The notes: a model not told the origin generated them from the letters alone. A stretch of DNA of 64,000 nt from an uncultured Thermoleophilia bacterium (GCA_963702475.1 CAVPCT010000001.1:160001-224000); one strand, 5' to 3'; counted from the first letter of the stretch, positions 38,042 through 49,517 are shown. A program made the numbers and translations.

Positions 38042-39412
38042 CTAGGCCCTGACACGCCGCCGCTCCTCGGCGCCGTGGAGCACCACCTGATCGCGGCCGC
38101 CGGCCTTGGCCGCGTAGAGAGCCTTGTCCGCCAGTTCCATGAGCTCGTCCAGGTCCGTGGCGTCGCGCGGGCAGGTGGCGACCCCGACGCTGATGGTGAT
38201 GTTCACGTCGGCCGGCAGGCCCAGCCCCGTGTAGCGTGTGCCGCTGAGGGTGCGTCGCACGCGTTCGGCGACGAAGAAGGCGTTCTCGCCGGGCGTGCTG
38301 GGGAGGAGCACCGCGAACTCCTCGCCGCCGTGCCGTGCGCAGGTGTCGGTGGTGCGCAGGGCGTCGCGGATGGCCTGCGCGACCGTCTGCAGCACGCGGT
38401 CGCCGGTCGCGTGGCCGTAGGTGTCGTTGAAGTCCTTGAAGTGGTCGATGTCGATCATGAGCACGCTCAGCGGCGCCTGGTGGCGCAGGCTTCGCGCGAT
38501 CTCCTCTCCGGCGCGCTTCATGAAGAAACGCCGGTTGTACAGGCGCGTGAGGTGGTCTGTGACCACCTGACGACGGATGGCGTCGTACTTGTAGGCGTTG
38601 GCGAGGGCACTCTGCACGTGACTCTGCAAGGTCTCGAGGATTTCCGGGGAGAGAAGCGAGACGTAGTCGCCGCTCGTGGAGGTCGCCAGCACAGCCATGT
38701 CGCCGACGTTCTCGACCTGCACGGGGACGACGACCTGTCCCTGCATCGTGTGTGGGAACAGCGTGCAGGCGTGCCCGGTGGCGCGCACGATCCGCCCCGA
38801 GCTGATGGCCTGCCGTACGGGGCAGTCGGGCACGAAGGCGCAGCAGTCGGCCGATGCGTCCGGCAGTTGCACCCCTTGGGGACTCTCCACGATCGCGAAG
38901 GAGCGGGCCTCCGCGTCCAGCAGCAGGAGGGCAGCGAAGTCCGCGTGCAGGAACTGCCGGGAGCGCGAGAGCACACGGTCCACCGTCTCGCTGTACGGCA
39001 GGGCCGCGTTCATCTCGCGACCCAGCTCGCCGACGTCCATGAGCTGGCGGTTGAGGGCCTGCACGCGCTCGAGGTCGTCTTTGATGCTCTGCGACACCCA
39101 CTCCTTGTCCTCGTTGGCGGTGAACACGGCGACGAGCGTACCGACCAGGTAGCCGAGCTCCCTGATCTCGTCGCGGTAGTAGGGATCGCTGCGCTCGTAG
39201 TTGCCGCCCAGGCGGGCGCGGGCGCGGCGGATGAGTCCGTTCACAGGGCGGTACACCCAGAGGTCCAGCACAAGGGCGATACACACGAAGGCGGCGAGCG
39301 TCGCCACGGCGAGCATCCACAACGGCGCGGCATGAAGCCACACCGAGGACGCAAGGAAGAAGACCCCGAGCACGACCGCCACCACGGCGACGGTCTTGAG
39401 CTCGAGGCTCAC
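38042..39412 (-). CDS. Membrane diguanylate cyclase (2TM-HAMP-GAF-GGDEF)
   Basis: TDHLTRLYNRR, MIDIDHFKDFNDTYGH, I-site RTTD, active site GGEEF. Confidence 0.92.
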   Translation of the reverse strand: MSLELKTVAVVAVVLGVFFLASSVWLHAAPLWMLAVATLAAFVCIALVLDLWVYRPVNGLIRRARARLGGNYERSDPYYRDEIRELGYLVGTLVAVFTANEDKEWVSQSIKDDLERVQALNRQLMDVGELGREMNAALPYSETVDRVLSRSRQFLHADFAALLLLDAEARSFAIVESPQGVQLPDASADCCAFVPDCPVRQAISSGRIVRATGHACTLFPHTMQGQVVVPVQVENVGDMAVLATSTSGDYVSLLSPEILETLQSHVQSALANAYKYDAIRRQVVTDHLTRLYNRRFFMKRAGEEIARSLRHQAPLSVLMIDIDHFKDFNDTYGHATGDRVLQTVAQAIRDALRTTDTCARHGGEEFAVLLPSTPGENAFFVAERVRRTLSGTRYTGLGLPADVNITISVGVATCPRDATDLDELMELADKALYAAKAGGRDQVVLHGAEERRRVRA

Positions 39413-39589
39413 CCCCCGGTCGTAGCCGAGACTGTCGCCCCGGCGCCGTTCAGGCTGCTGCTCGGACGTGGCGGGCCTCACTGGGTTGGGCGGTCTCTTG
39501 GGGTATCGGCAGAAGGCCCGCTTCCATGAGGGCCGCGCAGGCGGAGAGGAGGCGTGCGGCCGGCGCGCCCGCGGGGCCCCGGCGCGGGC

Positions 39590-39766
39590 TCAGAGCCGGC
39601 CGAGGATGCGCCGGTCGTGCGTGGGACGGGGGCACGAACGTCGCTCGCCGACACGTCGTTCTCGCACGTAGTACGCGCACGCGGCGCAGTAGGTGCTGCA
39701 GCGAAGACGCGTGTCCACATCGGCGACGCACAGCAGCGGCTGGAACGTTTTGCGGGCCTGGTTCAT
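39590..39766 (-). CDS. 58-aa Cys-rich, Arg-rich small protein (not in ORF track)
   Basis: MNQARKTFQPLLCVADVDTRLRCSTYCAACAYYVRERRVGERRSCPRPTHDRRILGRL; co-oriented, filling the gap between the receiver and GGDEF genes. RBS is weak. Confidence 0.6.
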   Translation of the reverse strand: MNQARKTFQPLLCVADVDTRLRCSTYCAACAYYVRERRVGERRSCPRPTHDRRILGRL

Positions 39767-39833
39767 CGCGCACGTAGTTCGGCGCGTCTCCGGTGCTTCC
39801 TGCCCACCCGCCGTGGCCTGGCCGGACCGCGGC

Positions 39834-40202
39834 TCAGCCCTGGAGGTAGCTCTCCACGACGGTCAGCACCTGCGCGATACGGAACGGCTTGGTGATGTAG
39901 CCGTCGATGCCCGCGTCGGTGGCGCGCTCCATGTCGGTGGCCATGGCCTTGGCAGACAGCCCCACGATGGTGATGTCCCTGGTGGCAGCGTCGGCCTTGA
40001 GCTCGCCGACCGCCTCATACCCGCTCACGACCGGCATCATCATGTCCATGAGGATGAGGTCCGGATGGTGCTCGTGCGACAGATCGACGGCCTCGCGCCC
40101 GTTGGTGGCCTTGTACACCGTGTAACCCTGCGTCTCCAGGGACATGGAGACGATGCTCAGGATGTCGGGGTCGTCGTCTGCGACAAGGATGGCCTTCGCC
40201 AC
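39834..40202 (-). CDS. Single-domain response regulator (CheY/DivK-like)
   Basis: ILVADDD, DLILMDMMMP and YITKPF; GGAGG RBS. Confidence 0.92.
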   Translation of the reverse strand: MAKAILVADDDPDILSIVSMSLETQGYTVYKATNGREAVDLSHEHHPDLILMDMMMPVVSGYEAVGELKADAATRDITIVGLSAKAMATDMERATDAGIDGYITKPFRIAQVLTVVESYLQG

Positions 40203-40215
40203 GTGGAGCACCTCC

Positions 40216-42054
<1,839 letters not shown>

Positions 42055-42182
42055 CGCTCGCCTTCCTGCTCTCCCGGCACCCACGGGGCCGAGGGTAAAG
42101 TATTCTATCGCGGGACCAGATGTCCGTCCCGGGCGGGCGGCCCGCCGTGCGCGGGGCGCGTCCGGTCGAAAGGAGGATCTCG

Positions 42183-43535
42183 ATGTCGGTGCCCAGGCTC
42201 GTGCTCTGCGGCCTCGAGCCCGGTCCGGCCCTCGCCCTCACCGCCGGCGCCGTGCTGGCGTCCCCCGGGCGTGGACGCACCGCCCGGGCCGTGACCGTCG
42301 GCGTCGACCTGCCCCTGTGGCGCCTCCTTCAGGCGAGTCCCGGGCGGGGGCCCCGTGTGCTCGACCCTGCGTTGCACGGCGAGTCCATGCTCGAGCTGTT
42401 CGACTCCTGGTGTGCCGGGATGGACCTGGTGCTTGTGGTCGCCGTCGAACCGGCGCTCGACCGCTGGCAAGGTGTCCGCGGGTCGCGCGCCGTGGACCTC
42501 GCGGCGGGCCTCGACGCGCCCCTCGTGCTCGTGCTCGAGGCCGGTGGGCGCGGCGCCACGGCCGCCGCCGCCGCGCGCGGGGTGCGCGACCTCGCCGGCC
42601 GCGCCGAGGTCGCCGGTGTGATCGTGGTGGGGGCGGACGACGCGCGCGTCGCGGAGCTCCGCGCGGTGCTGGGCGCCGACGCGGCTCTACCGGTGCTCGG
42701 CTGGGTCCCGCCGCGCCTCAGTGCGGTCTTCAGCGGTCTCTACGATGGCTTGCGTCGGCCGGGCGACGCTGCGGGGGCGCAGCAGGTGTGCGCGGAGGCG
42801 TCATCCTTCCTGGACGCGGCCGAGCTGTCCGCGGCCGCGGCCCGCCGAGGGTTCGTGCCGGCTCGGCCGCGGCGCGTGCTCACGCCGGACCGCGGCGCCT
42901 CCGGCCTCACGCTCGCCGTGGCCGTGGCGTCGCCTCTCGAGCCGTTCGCGCCCGAGAACGTCGACCTGCTCCAAGCCGTGGGGTTGCGCATCGAGCGGTT
43001 CGACCTGGGCCGCGACGAGTCGCTTCCGGACGGGTCGTCGGGACTCCTGCTGTGCGGCGGCCTGGACGAAGGCGGCCTGAGCGGATTCGCCGCCAACGAG
43101 CCGCTCAACGCCGCCCTGGCGGCCGCGGTCGCGGCCGGGCTACCCACGCTCGCCATGGGTGGAGGCTGCCTCCTGCTGCTGGACGGGCTGGCCGACACGC
43201 GAGGCGTCGTCCACCAACTCGCCGGCGCCTACGCCGGAGAGGCCGAACTGCTCGGGTGGTACGAGCGTCCCCGCTACGTGCCCGTGAGGGCGGCGCCCGG
43301 CAACCCTTACGACCGCGGAGACGGCGTGTTCTACGACCTGTTCGACGAAGACTTCCTGCTCCTCGAACAGGAGGCCGTCGCGTATGAGGTGAGTGGGCCC
43401 GCCGGGCAGGGCGAGACCGACGGTCTGGCCCTGCCCGGCTGTCTCGCCACCACGCTCGTGGCGTCCCTGCCCGGGAGTCCGGCGCTCGCCGCGGGGTTCG
43501 TGGCGGCGATGAAGGCGTGGGAGCGGCCCGCGTGA
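42183..43535 (+). CDS. Divergent CobB/CbiA (cobyrinate a,c-diamide synthase)-like protein lacking P-loop and GATase Cys
   Basis: PRLVLCG, DLAAGLDAPLVLVL, AGVIV, LPVLGWVP, ENVDLLQAVG, GLLLCGG. The expected GKT and ECGG motifs are absent. Confidence 0.6.
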   Translation: MSVPRLVLCGLEPGPALALTAGAVLASPGRGRTARAVTVGVDLPLWRLLQASPGRGPRVLDPALHGESMLELFDSWCAGMDLVLVVAVEPALDRWQGVRGSRAVDLAAGLDAPLVLVLEAGGRGATAAAAARGVRDLAGRAEVAGVIVVGADDARVAELRAVLGADAALPVLGWVPPRLSAVFSGLYDGLRRPGDAAGAQQVCAEASSFLDAAELSAAAARRGFVPARPRRVLTPDRGASGLTLAVAVASPLEPFAPENVDLLQAVGLRIERFDLGRDESLPDGSSGLLLCGGLDEGGLSGFAANEPLNAALAAAVAAGLPTLAMGGGCLLLLDGLADTRGVVHQLAGAYAGEAELLGWYERPRYVPVRAAPGNPYDRGDGVFYDLFDEDFLLLEQEAVAYEVSGPAGQGETDGLALPGCLATTLVASLPGSPALAAGFVAAMKAWERPA

Positions 43536-45253
43536 GCTCCCCGGCCACCGCGCTGCCAGTCCCGCGGGCCATCCGCTTGCCGTCTCGCGGCTCGCTCGTC
43601 TGGCTCTTCGTCTCCCCGGTGGCGGCGCTGACCCTCGCCGGCCTCACGATGTACCTCCTCGGCGTCTCGGGGGGCGATGACCCCGCTCACCTCTACAAGA
43701 TCGCCCTTCTTCGTGACGGGCAGTCGGTGCTGTGGGACAACTACTGGTACGGCGGCTCCTACGGGGCGCTCACGTACGGCCTCGTGTACTACTGGCTCGC
43801 CCAGTTCGTACCGGGCATCGCCATCACGGTGCTCGCCGGCGGTGCTCTGCCGCTGTTGTTCCACCTGTACCTGCGGGACGGCTGGGGGGTCACATCACGG
43901 GCCCCTGCCTGGACGCTGGCGGTCGTCATGGTGGTGTACCTGGCGTGGGGCCAGTCGCCGTTCCTGCTGGCGATGTGCCTCACGATGGGTGGGCTGGCGC
44001 TGCTGGCGCGCGGCCGGCCGTACGTGGCCGCGCTTCTCTGCGGCGTGGGCGTCTTCACCAACCCGCTGGCCCTTGTGGCGGCTGGCGTGTTCCTCCTCGG
44101 CATGCTCGCGGGCCGGCCTGACTCCAGGCGCCCCGTACTCCGCTTCGTCCTCGCCATGCTCCCCGTGGTGGCCGTCCGCGTCGCCCTCGCCGCCGTCTTC
44201 GCGGCGCCGGCGTGGGAGTTCCACTACACGGCCGAGCTGGCGGGGCTGGCGGCCGTCGCCGTGATCGGTATCCTGCTGGCGCGTGCCTCGGAGGAGCCTT
44301 CGCTGCGTGCCCTGCAGTGGGTGTTCGTGGCGCTCCTCGCCGTCGTCGTGCCGGCCTACCTGCTGCCGGACACGCAGATCGGCAACAACGCCGGGCGTTT
44401 CTTCTACGTGTTCGGCGGGCCGCTGCTGGTGGCAGTGGCGTGGCCGAGCCGGCTCCCCCGGGTCGTGCCGCTCGTCGCCGTGGCCGTGGTTCTCGCGTTC
44501 CAGCTCGCCTTCCCGGTGTGGATGCTCGCCAGGGCGCCGACGTTCACGGCCACCCGCGAGGCGTTCTTCGCCTCGGCCCTGCGCTACGCGGCCACCGTGT
44601 ACGACCCGGACTTCCGCTTTCACGTGGTGACGCCCGAGATGCACTGGGAGTCGTACTACTTCCCTGCCGCCGGGTTTCCCATCACCCGTGGCTGGTACCG
44701 CCAGGCCGACGCCCTGCACAACGTGGACCTGTACGATGAGCAGCTCACGCCCGACGCCTACGCGTTCTGGCTGCGGCGCCTGGCGGTGGAGTACGTGTTC
44801 GTGCCGCACGCTCCTCTGGTATCCACCTCGAAGCGGGAGGCGGCTATCCTCGCCTCGTCGCCCGATTTTCGGCTCGTGTATCGCGGCAACCAGTGGACCG
44901 TCTACAGGCTCCTCGACGCGGAGCCCCTCGTGGTGCCGCTGGCGCAGGCGGACGCCCGGGTGTTCACGATGGACCACACCAGCATCCGCTTCGGGGTCAC
45001 GCGCCCGGGGCCGTATCTCGTCAAGGTGACGTGGTCGCCGTACTGGCAGGTGGCGAGGGCGCCGTCCGGCCCGGCCTTGAGCGGCAGGGACGGGCATGCC
45101 GGGCAGCGGTGGCGGGCCGACGCTCTGGAACCCGCCCGCGAGCTTCTGAGCGAGGACTCGCACGGCTTCATCATCTTCCGCGCCCCCGCCGAGGGCGTCT
45201 ACGCGCTGCGCTTCGACGTGGCCGGCACCGCTCAGGCGGAGCTCATGCAGTGA
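43532..45253 (+). CDS. Polytopic membrane protein, putative GT-C-fold glycosyltransferase
   Basis: DDPAH, WDNYWYGG, more than 10 TM segments, extracellular ITRGWYRQAD and WLRRLAVEYVFV. Confidence 0.6.
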   Translation: MSSPATALPVPRAIRLPSRGSLVWLFVSPVAALTLAGLTMYLLGVSGGDDPAHLYKIALLRDGQSVLWDNYWYGGSYGALTYGLVYYWLAQFVPGIAITVLAGGALPLLFHLYLRDGWGVTSRAPAWTLAVVMVVYLAWGQSPFLLAMCLTMGGLALLARGRPYVAALLCGVGVFTNPLALVAAGVFLLGMLAGRPDSRRPVLRFVLAMLPVVAVRVALAAVFAAPAWEFHYTAELAGLAAVAVIGILLARASEEPSLRALQWVFVALLAVVVPAYLLPDTQIGNNAGRFFYVFGGPLLVAVAWPSRLPRVVPLVAVAVVLAFQLAFPVWMLARAPTFTATREAFFASALRYAATVYDPDFRFHVVTPEMHWESYYFPAAGFPITRGWYRQADALHNVDLYDEQLTPDAYAFWLRRLAVEYVFVPHAPLVSTSKREAAILASSPDFRLVYRGNQWTVYRLLDAEPLVVPLAQADARVFTMDHTSIRFGVTRPGPYLVKVTWSPYWQVARAPSGPALSGRDGHAGQRWRADALEPARELLSEDSHGFIIFRAPAEGVYALRFDVAGTAQAELMQ

Positions 45254-45275
45254 CACCTGCCGGAGGGGTGCGACG

Positions 45276-46925
45276 GTGACGCTCGCCGGAGTCGAGGACC
45301 GCCTCAAATCGCGGGGCGGCCTCCTGGCGCTGTGGCTGACCGCCACCGCCGCGGCCGCCCTCGTGGCCGTGCTCATGTGGTCGAACGGCGTCCCCGGCTG
45401 GGACGACTTCGCCCACGCCTACAAGGTCTTCCTCCTGCGTCGCGGCGACTCGGTCTTCTGGGACAGCTACTGGTACGGCGGCTCCTATGGGGCGGTCAAC
45501 TACGGGTTCGTCTTCTACTGGCTGGCGCAGTACGTGCCGGCCAAACTGATCGTCGTGCTCGCCGCGGGTGCCATACCGCCGCTCTACTACGTCTACCAGC
45601 GGGATCTGTGGCACTGCGACGACGTGTGGCCCGCCTGGGCCTTCGCTGGGGTGATGAGCGTCTACCTGGCACACGGTCAGGACCCCTTCCTGCTCGGCCT
45701 GGCGCTCACACTGGGCGGACTCGCGCTGCTCGCCCGCGACCATCCCCTCCTCGCGGCGCTGCCGGTCGCGCTCGGCGTGTTCGCGAACCCCATGGCGTTC
45801 GTGGTGTGCGGGCCGCTCATGGTCGCCGACGTGCTCGGGCGCCCGGACTGCCGCCGGCGCTATCTGTGGTTCTTCGTCGCCCTGGCGCCGTTCGTGCTCG
45901 TGCGTCTGGGTCTGGCGGCGGCGTTCAGCGAGCCCGGCGACTATCTCAACGAGACCTCGCAGCTCATGTTGTACCTCGGGTTCGCGCTCGCCGGGCTGGC
46001 CCTCGCGGGTGTGAACGCCGTCCACCCCCGCCGCCCGTTCACCATCCTCTTTCTCACGTACTCTGCCCTGTGCGTGCTGTCCTTCGTCACGCCGGGGAGC
46101 CCCTTGGGCAACAACATCGGACGGTTCTTCTTCGTGTTCGGGTTCCCGCTCCTGTTCCTGCTCCGCCACTCGCGGCTCAAGCGACCGTTCCCGTACGGCG
46201 ACCTGGCGATGATCCCGATCGTCCTGTTCGGACTGCTGCAGGTCAGCGCCCCGTACAGCCACTTCACGCGCACGGACGAGTGGCCGCAGACGCGCGCCGC
46301 GTTCTTCGCCCCGGCACTGGCCGCGGCGCGCGACTACTACGACCCCGACTATCGCATCCACGTGGTGGCGCTGCGCCGCCACGGGGAGGCGGCTTACTTC
46401 CCGAAGGCCGGTTTCCCGATCACCCGCGGCTGGTACCGCCAGGCGGACGCCGTGCACAATGGGCTCTTCTACACCACCTACGACGCCGCCGCCTACGCGG
46501 CGTGGTTGAGGGCGATGGGCGTGGAGTACGTCTTCCTCGCGGATGCGCCGCTCGACGCGTGGAGTCAGCGGGAGGTCCGCATCCTGCGGACGTCGCCGCA
46601 GTTCGAGCCGGTGAAGAAGACGGGCGTCTGGACGATCTACCGCCTGCGGCGCCCCGAGCCGCTCCTCGTCGGCCTGGAGGGCGGGAGTGGGGACATCCGC
46701 CGTGTCGGCCACCGCGAGATCGACTTCAGGGTCGGCGCGCCGGGCCGGTACAAGCTGAAGTTCTCATGGTCGCCGTACTGGTCACTCGAGGGCGGAGGCG
46801 GGGAGCTCGCTCCCGACGAGGGCTTCATCGGCCTGCGTCTGGACGCCTCCGGCCCCCACGTCCTGCGCTTCGTCGTCACACCGGGCCGTGTGCTGGACAC
46901 GACACTCGAGAAGCTGGGGATCTGA
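45276..46925 (+). CDS. Paralog of 43532-45253, putative GT-C-fold glycosyltransferase
   Basis: DDFAH, WDSYWYGG, GNNIGRF, ITRGWYRQAD and WSPYW. Confidence 0.6.
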   Translation: MTLAGVEDRLKSRGGLLALWLTATAAAALVAVLMWSNGVPGWDDFAHAYKVFLLRRGDSVFWDSYWYGGSYGAVNYGFVFYWLAQYVPAKLIVVLAAGAIPPLYYVYQRDLWHCDDVWPAWAFAGVMSVYLAHGQDPFLLGLALTLGGLALLARDHPLLAALPVALGVFANPMAFVVCGPLMVADVLGRPDCRRRYLWFFVALAPFVLVRLGLAAAFSEPGDYLNETSQLMLYLGFALAGLALAGVNAVHPRRPFTILFLTYSALCVLSFVTPGSPLGNNIGRFFFVFGFPLLFLLRHSRLKRPFPYGDLAMIPIVLFGLLQVSAPYSHFTRTDEWPQTRAAFFAPALAAARDYYDPDYRIHVVALRRHGEAAYFPKAGFPITRGWYRQADAVHNGLFYTTYDAAAYAAWLRAMGVEYVFLADAPLDAWSQREVRILRTSPQFEPVKKTGVWTIYRLRRPEPLLVGLEGGSGDIRRVGHREIDFRVGAPGRYKLKFSWSPYWSLEGGGGELAPDEGFIGLRLDASGPHVLRFVVTPGRVLDTTLEKLGI

Positions 46926-46966
46926 GCCGGCCGGGCGTCGGCGCAGGCTGGTGTAGACTGCCGCTC

Positions 46967-48064
46967 ATGTCGCCTGAGCGCCTCTCTGCCGACCTGTTCG
47001 CCCTCCCCGTCGACGCCATCAGGGAGGGGTTCTACACGGACGCCTATTTCAACGGCGCCCGCCGGGTCCTGGAGGAGCAGAAGCTGCACCCGCGCGTCAC
47101 GATGCAGGTCTTCCAGAAGCGCGAGGACACCCTTCTCTGCGGCATGGACGAGGCGTTGGCGGCGCTGCGCCTGTGCGCCGGACGCTACGCGGGTGAGGGG
47201 CAGCACCGCCGTTGGGAACCAGGCTGGGACCGGCTCGTCGTGCACGCCCTGCGCGACGGCGACGAGCCGGCCTCGTGGGAGACGGTGATGACCATCGAGG
47301 GCGACTACGGCCTGTTCGCACACCTCGAGACCGTCTACCTCGGGCTGCTGAGCCGGCGCACGCTCATCGCGAGCAACGTGCGCCGCGCGGTGCGCGCCGC
47401 TTCCGGCAAGCCGGTCCTGTACTTCCCGGCCCGCTTCGACCACTGGGCGGTCCAGCCGGGCGACGGCCACGCGGCGCGCGTGGGAGGCGCATCCGGCGTC
47501 AGCACCGACGCTCAGGCGGCCTGGTGGGGAGGCAGGGGTATCGGCACCGTCCCGCACGCCCTCATCGCCTGCTGCGGCGGCGACACCGTGGAGGCCGTGC
47601 GCCGCTTCGCCGACGTCCACTATCCCGCGGTCGACGTCGTCGCGTTGGTCGACTTCGACAACGACAGCGTGAGCACCAGCCTGGCGTGCGCGCGCGCCCT
47701 GGGCGAGCGCCTGTGGGGCGTGCGCCTGGACACCAGCGAGACCATGGTCGACCGCTCGCTCTGGCATACCATGGGCAGCTTCCGCCCCGTCGGTGTCGCG
47801 CCGGAGCTCGTGCGCGAGGTCCGGCGCGCTCTGGACGCCGAGGGCTTCCAGCGGGTGCGCATCGTGGTGAGCGGAGGGTTCGACGCGGACCGCATCGCCG
47901 GTTTCGAGGCGCAGGGCGTGCCTGTCGATGCCTACGGCGTGGGCAGCAGCCTGCTGCGCGGCGCGACCGACTTCACGGCCGACGTCGTGCAGCTGGACGG
48001 CAGGCCGTGCGCCAAGGTGGGCCGCGCGCACCGCCCCAGCCCGCGGCTCGAGCGGGTTCGCTGA
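46967..48064 (+). CDS. pncB: Nicotinate phosphoribosyltransferase
   Basis: YTDAYF, FPARFDH, GTVPHAL, LVDFDND, GVRLDTS, VVSGGF and YGVGSS; adjacent to a nicotinamidase. Confidence 0.85.
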   Translation: MSPERLSADLFALPVDAIREGFYTDAYFNGARRVLEEQKLHPRVTMQVFQKREDTLLCGMDEALAALRLCAGRYAGEGQHRRWEPGWDRLVVHALRDGDEPASWETVMTIEGDYGLFAHLETVYLGLLSRRTLIASNVRRAVRAASGKPVLYFPARFDHWAVQPGDGHAARVGGASGVSTDAQAAWWGGRGIGTVPHALIACCGGDTVEAVRRFADVHYPAVDVVALVDFDNDSVSTSLACARALGERLWGVRLDTSETMVDRSLWHTMGSFRPVGVAPELVREVRRALDAEGFQRVRIVVSGGFDADRIAGFEAQGVPVDAYGVGSSLLRGATDFTADVVQLDGRPCAKVGRAHRPSPRLERVR

Positions 48065-48090
48065 CAAGCCTCGAGGGGCAGATTCTGCGC

Positions 48091-48645
48091 ATGGACACGT
48101 ACACGCCCGACCCCGCCACCGCCGTCGTCGTCATCGACATGCTCGTGGGCTTCTGCCGGCACGGCAACCTCCACAGCCCTCGCTTCGAACCGCTGGTGCC
48201 GCGCCTGTACGCGCACCTCAAGCGGGCCGAGGAGAAGGGCGCCCACCTTGTGTTCCTGGCCGATACGCATGCCCCGGACGACCCCGAGTTCCGCATGTTC
48301 CCGCCGCACTGCGTGGAGGGCTCGGGCGAGGAGGAGGTCGTGCCGGAGCTGGCCGAGTTCGTGCGACGCGGCACCCTGGTGCGCAAGCACACCTTCTCGG
48401 GGTTCAGGGGTACGGAGCTGGACGACGTCCTCACGCGACTGGCGCCGAAGCGCGTGGAGGTCGCGGGCGTGTGCACCGACATCTGCGTGCTGCACACCGT
48501 GTACGACCTCGAGGTGCGGGGCTACGAGGTCGTCGTGCGCAAGAGCCTGGTGGAGACGTACGACGCGCCCGGGCACGACGCCGAGGAGTTCAACCGCTTC
48601 GCTCTGGGGCACATCCGCGACGTTCTGGGCGCGGCGGTGGAGTGA
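48091..48645 (+). CDS. pncA: Nicotinamidase (isochorismatase family)
   Basis: VIDML, DTH..DPEF..FPPHC and GVCTDICV. Confidence 0.85.
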   Translation: MDTYTPDPATAVVVIDMLVGFCRHGNLHSPRFEPLVPRLYAHLKRAEEKGAHLVFLADTHAPDDPEFRMFPPHCVEGSGEEEVVPELAEFVRRGTLVRKHTFSGFRGTELDDVLTRLAPKRVEVAGVCTDICVLHTVYDLEVRGYEVVVRKSLVETYDAPGHDAEEFNRFALGHIRDVLGAAVE

Positions 48646-48648
48646 CCG

Positions 48649-49284
48649 TCAGTGTTCGCCCTCGGCGTTCACGGCGTCTTTGCCGTCCAGCAGGTCGACG
48701 AAGCTCTGCGAGCGGCGTCCGATGACCGTCGTGGGGTCGATCAGGGCGGCCTTCTTCCACTGGTCACGCGCCTGTCGGGAGCGGTCGGTCGAGAAGTAGA
48801 TGATGGCCAGCGAGTAGTGGGCCTCCTGGTCGCCGGGTCTGGCAGCCAGCACCTTGGTGATGGCCTTCTCGGCGCGTTTGGTCTGTCCGTCGGCGTGCCA
48901 CACCATCGCGAGCTTCACCTTGGCGGCGGCGCTGTCGGGGTCCAGCGCCAGCACGTCGGCGTACACGTTCGCCGCGCGCGCGTTGTGCTGGGCCATGAAG
49001 TGGGCGTCACCAAGCTTCAGGAGGGTCTGGATGTCGTCGGGGTCGTCGGCCACCTCGCCCTCGAGCCGGGCGATGGTCTGCTGGATGGACGTGCTCGCGC
49101 TGGGGGCGGGCGAAACGGTCGCGGCCCCGGAGTCGCCCACGCTGGGGTGTCCGGACGGGAGCCCGTCGGGACTGGTCGCGCCCGCCGTTCCGGACTCATC
49201 GCCGGAGCGCAACCCCACCGCCACGACGAGCGTGGCGAGGGCGAGCGCCAGCGCAACGCCGGTCAGCAGGTAGTGTCTCCTCAA
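48649..49284 (-). CDS. Membrane-anchored TPR protein (CcmI/CycH-like, LPxGHP motif)
   Basis: N-terminal TM, LPSGHP, three TPR-like repeats. TTG start after a GGAAAGGA RBS. Confidence 0.7.
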   Translation of the reverse strand: MRRHYLLTGVALALALATLVVAVGLRSGDESGTAGATSPDGLPSGHPSVGDSGAATVSPAPSASTSIQQTIARLEGEVADDPDDIQTLLKLGDAHFMAQHNARAANVYADVLALDPDSAAAKVKLAMVWHADGQTKRAEKAITKVLAARPGDQEAHYSLAIIYFSTDRSRQARDQWKKAALIDPTTVIGRRSQSFVDLLDGKDAVNAEGEH

Positions 49285-49466
49285 ACGGGTCCTTTCCGGG
49301 CGGTGGAACAGGCTCAGGCAGGATAGCACCGGCACACCGGCGCTCGCGACCGCCGGAGGCCTCCTGGGGCCTGTGGCGGAGCGCATCCAACCAACCTTAA
49401 CCGGCGCTTAACACCTGTCGCCGGTCGAGTCTCTCACCCGCCGCCGCCGGGCCTGGAGAGGCCGTG

Positions 49467-49517
49467 TTGACGCGCCGCCGCGGCGAGGATACAGTTCAAG
49501 AAGACCGTTTTCGTCCT
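49467..49517 (+). promoter_or_regulatory. Housekeeping-sigma promoter TTGACG-N17-TACAGT followed by imperfect palindrome AAGAC-N7-GTCCT (likely Rrf2 operator)
   Basis: -35 at 49467-49472, -10 at 49490-49495, palindrome 49501-49517 over the predicted TSS. Confidence 0.65.
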
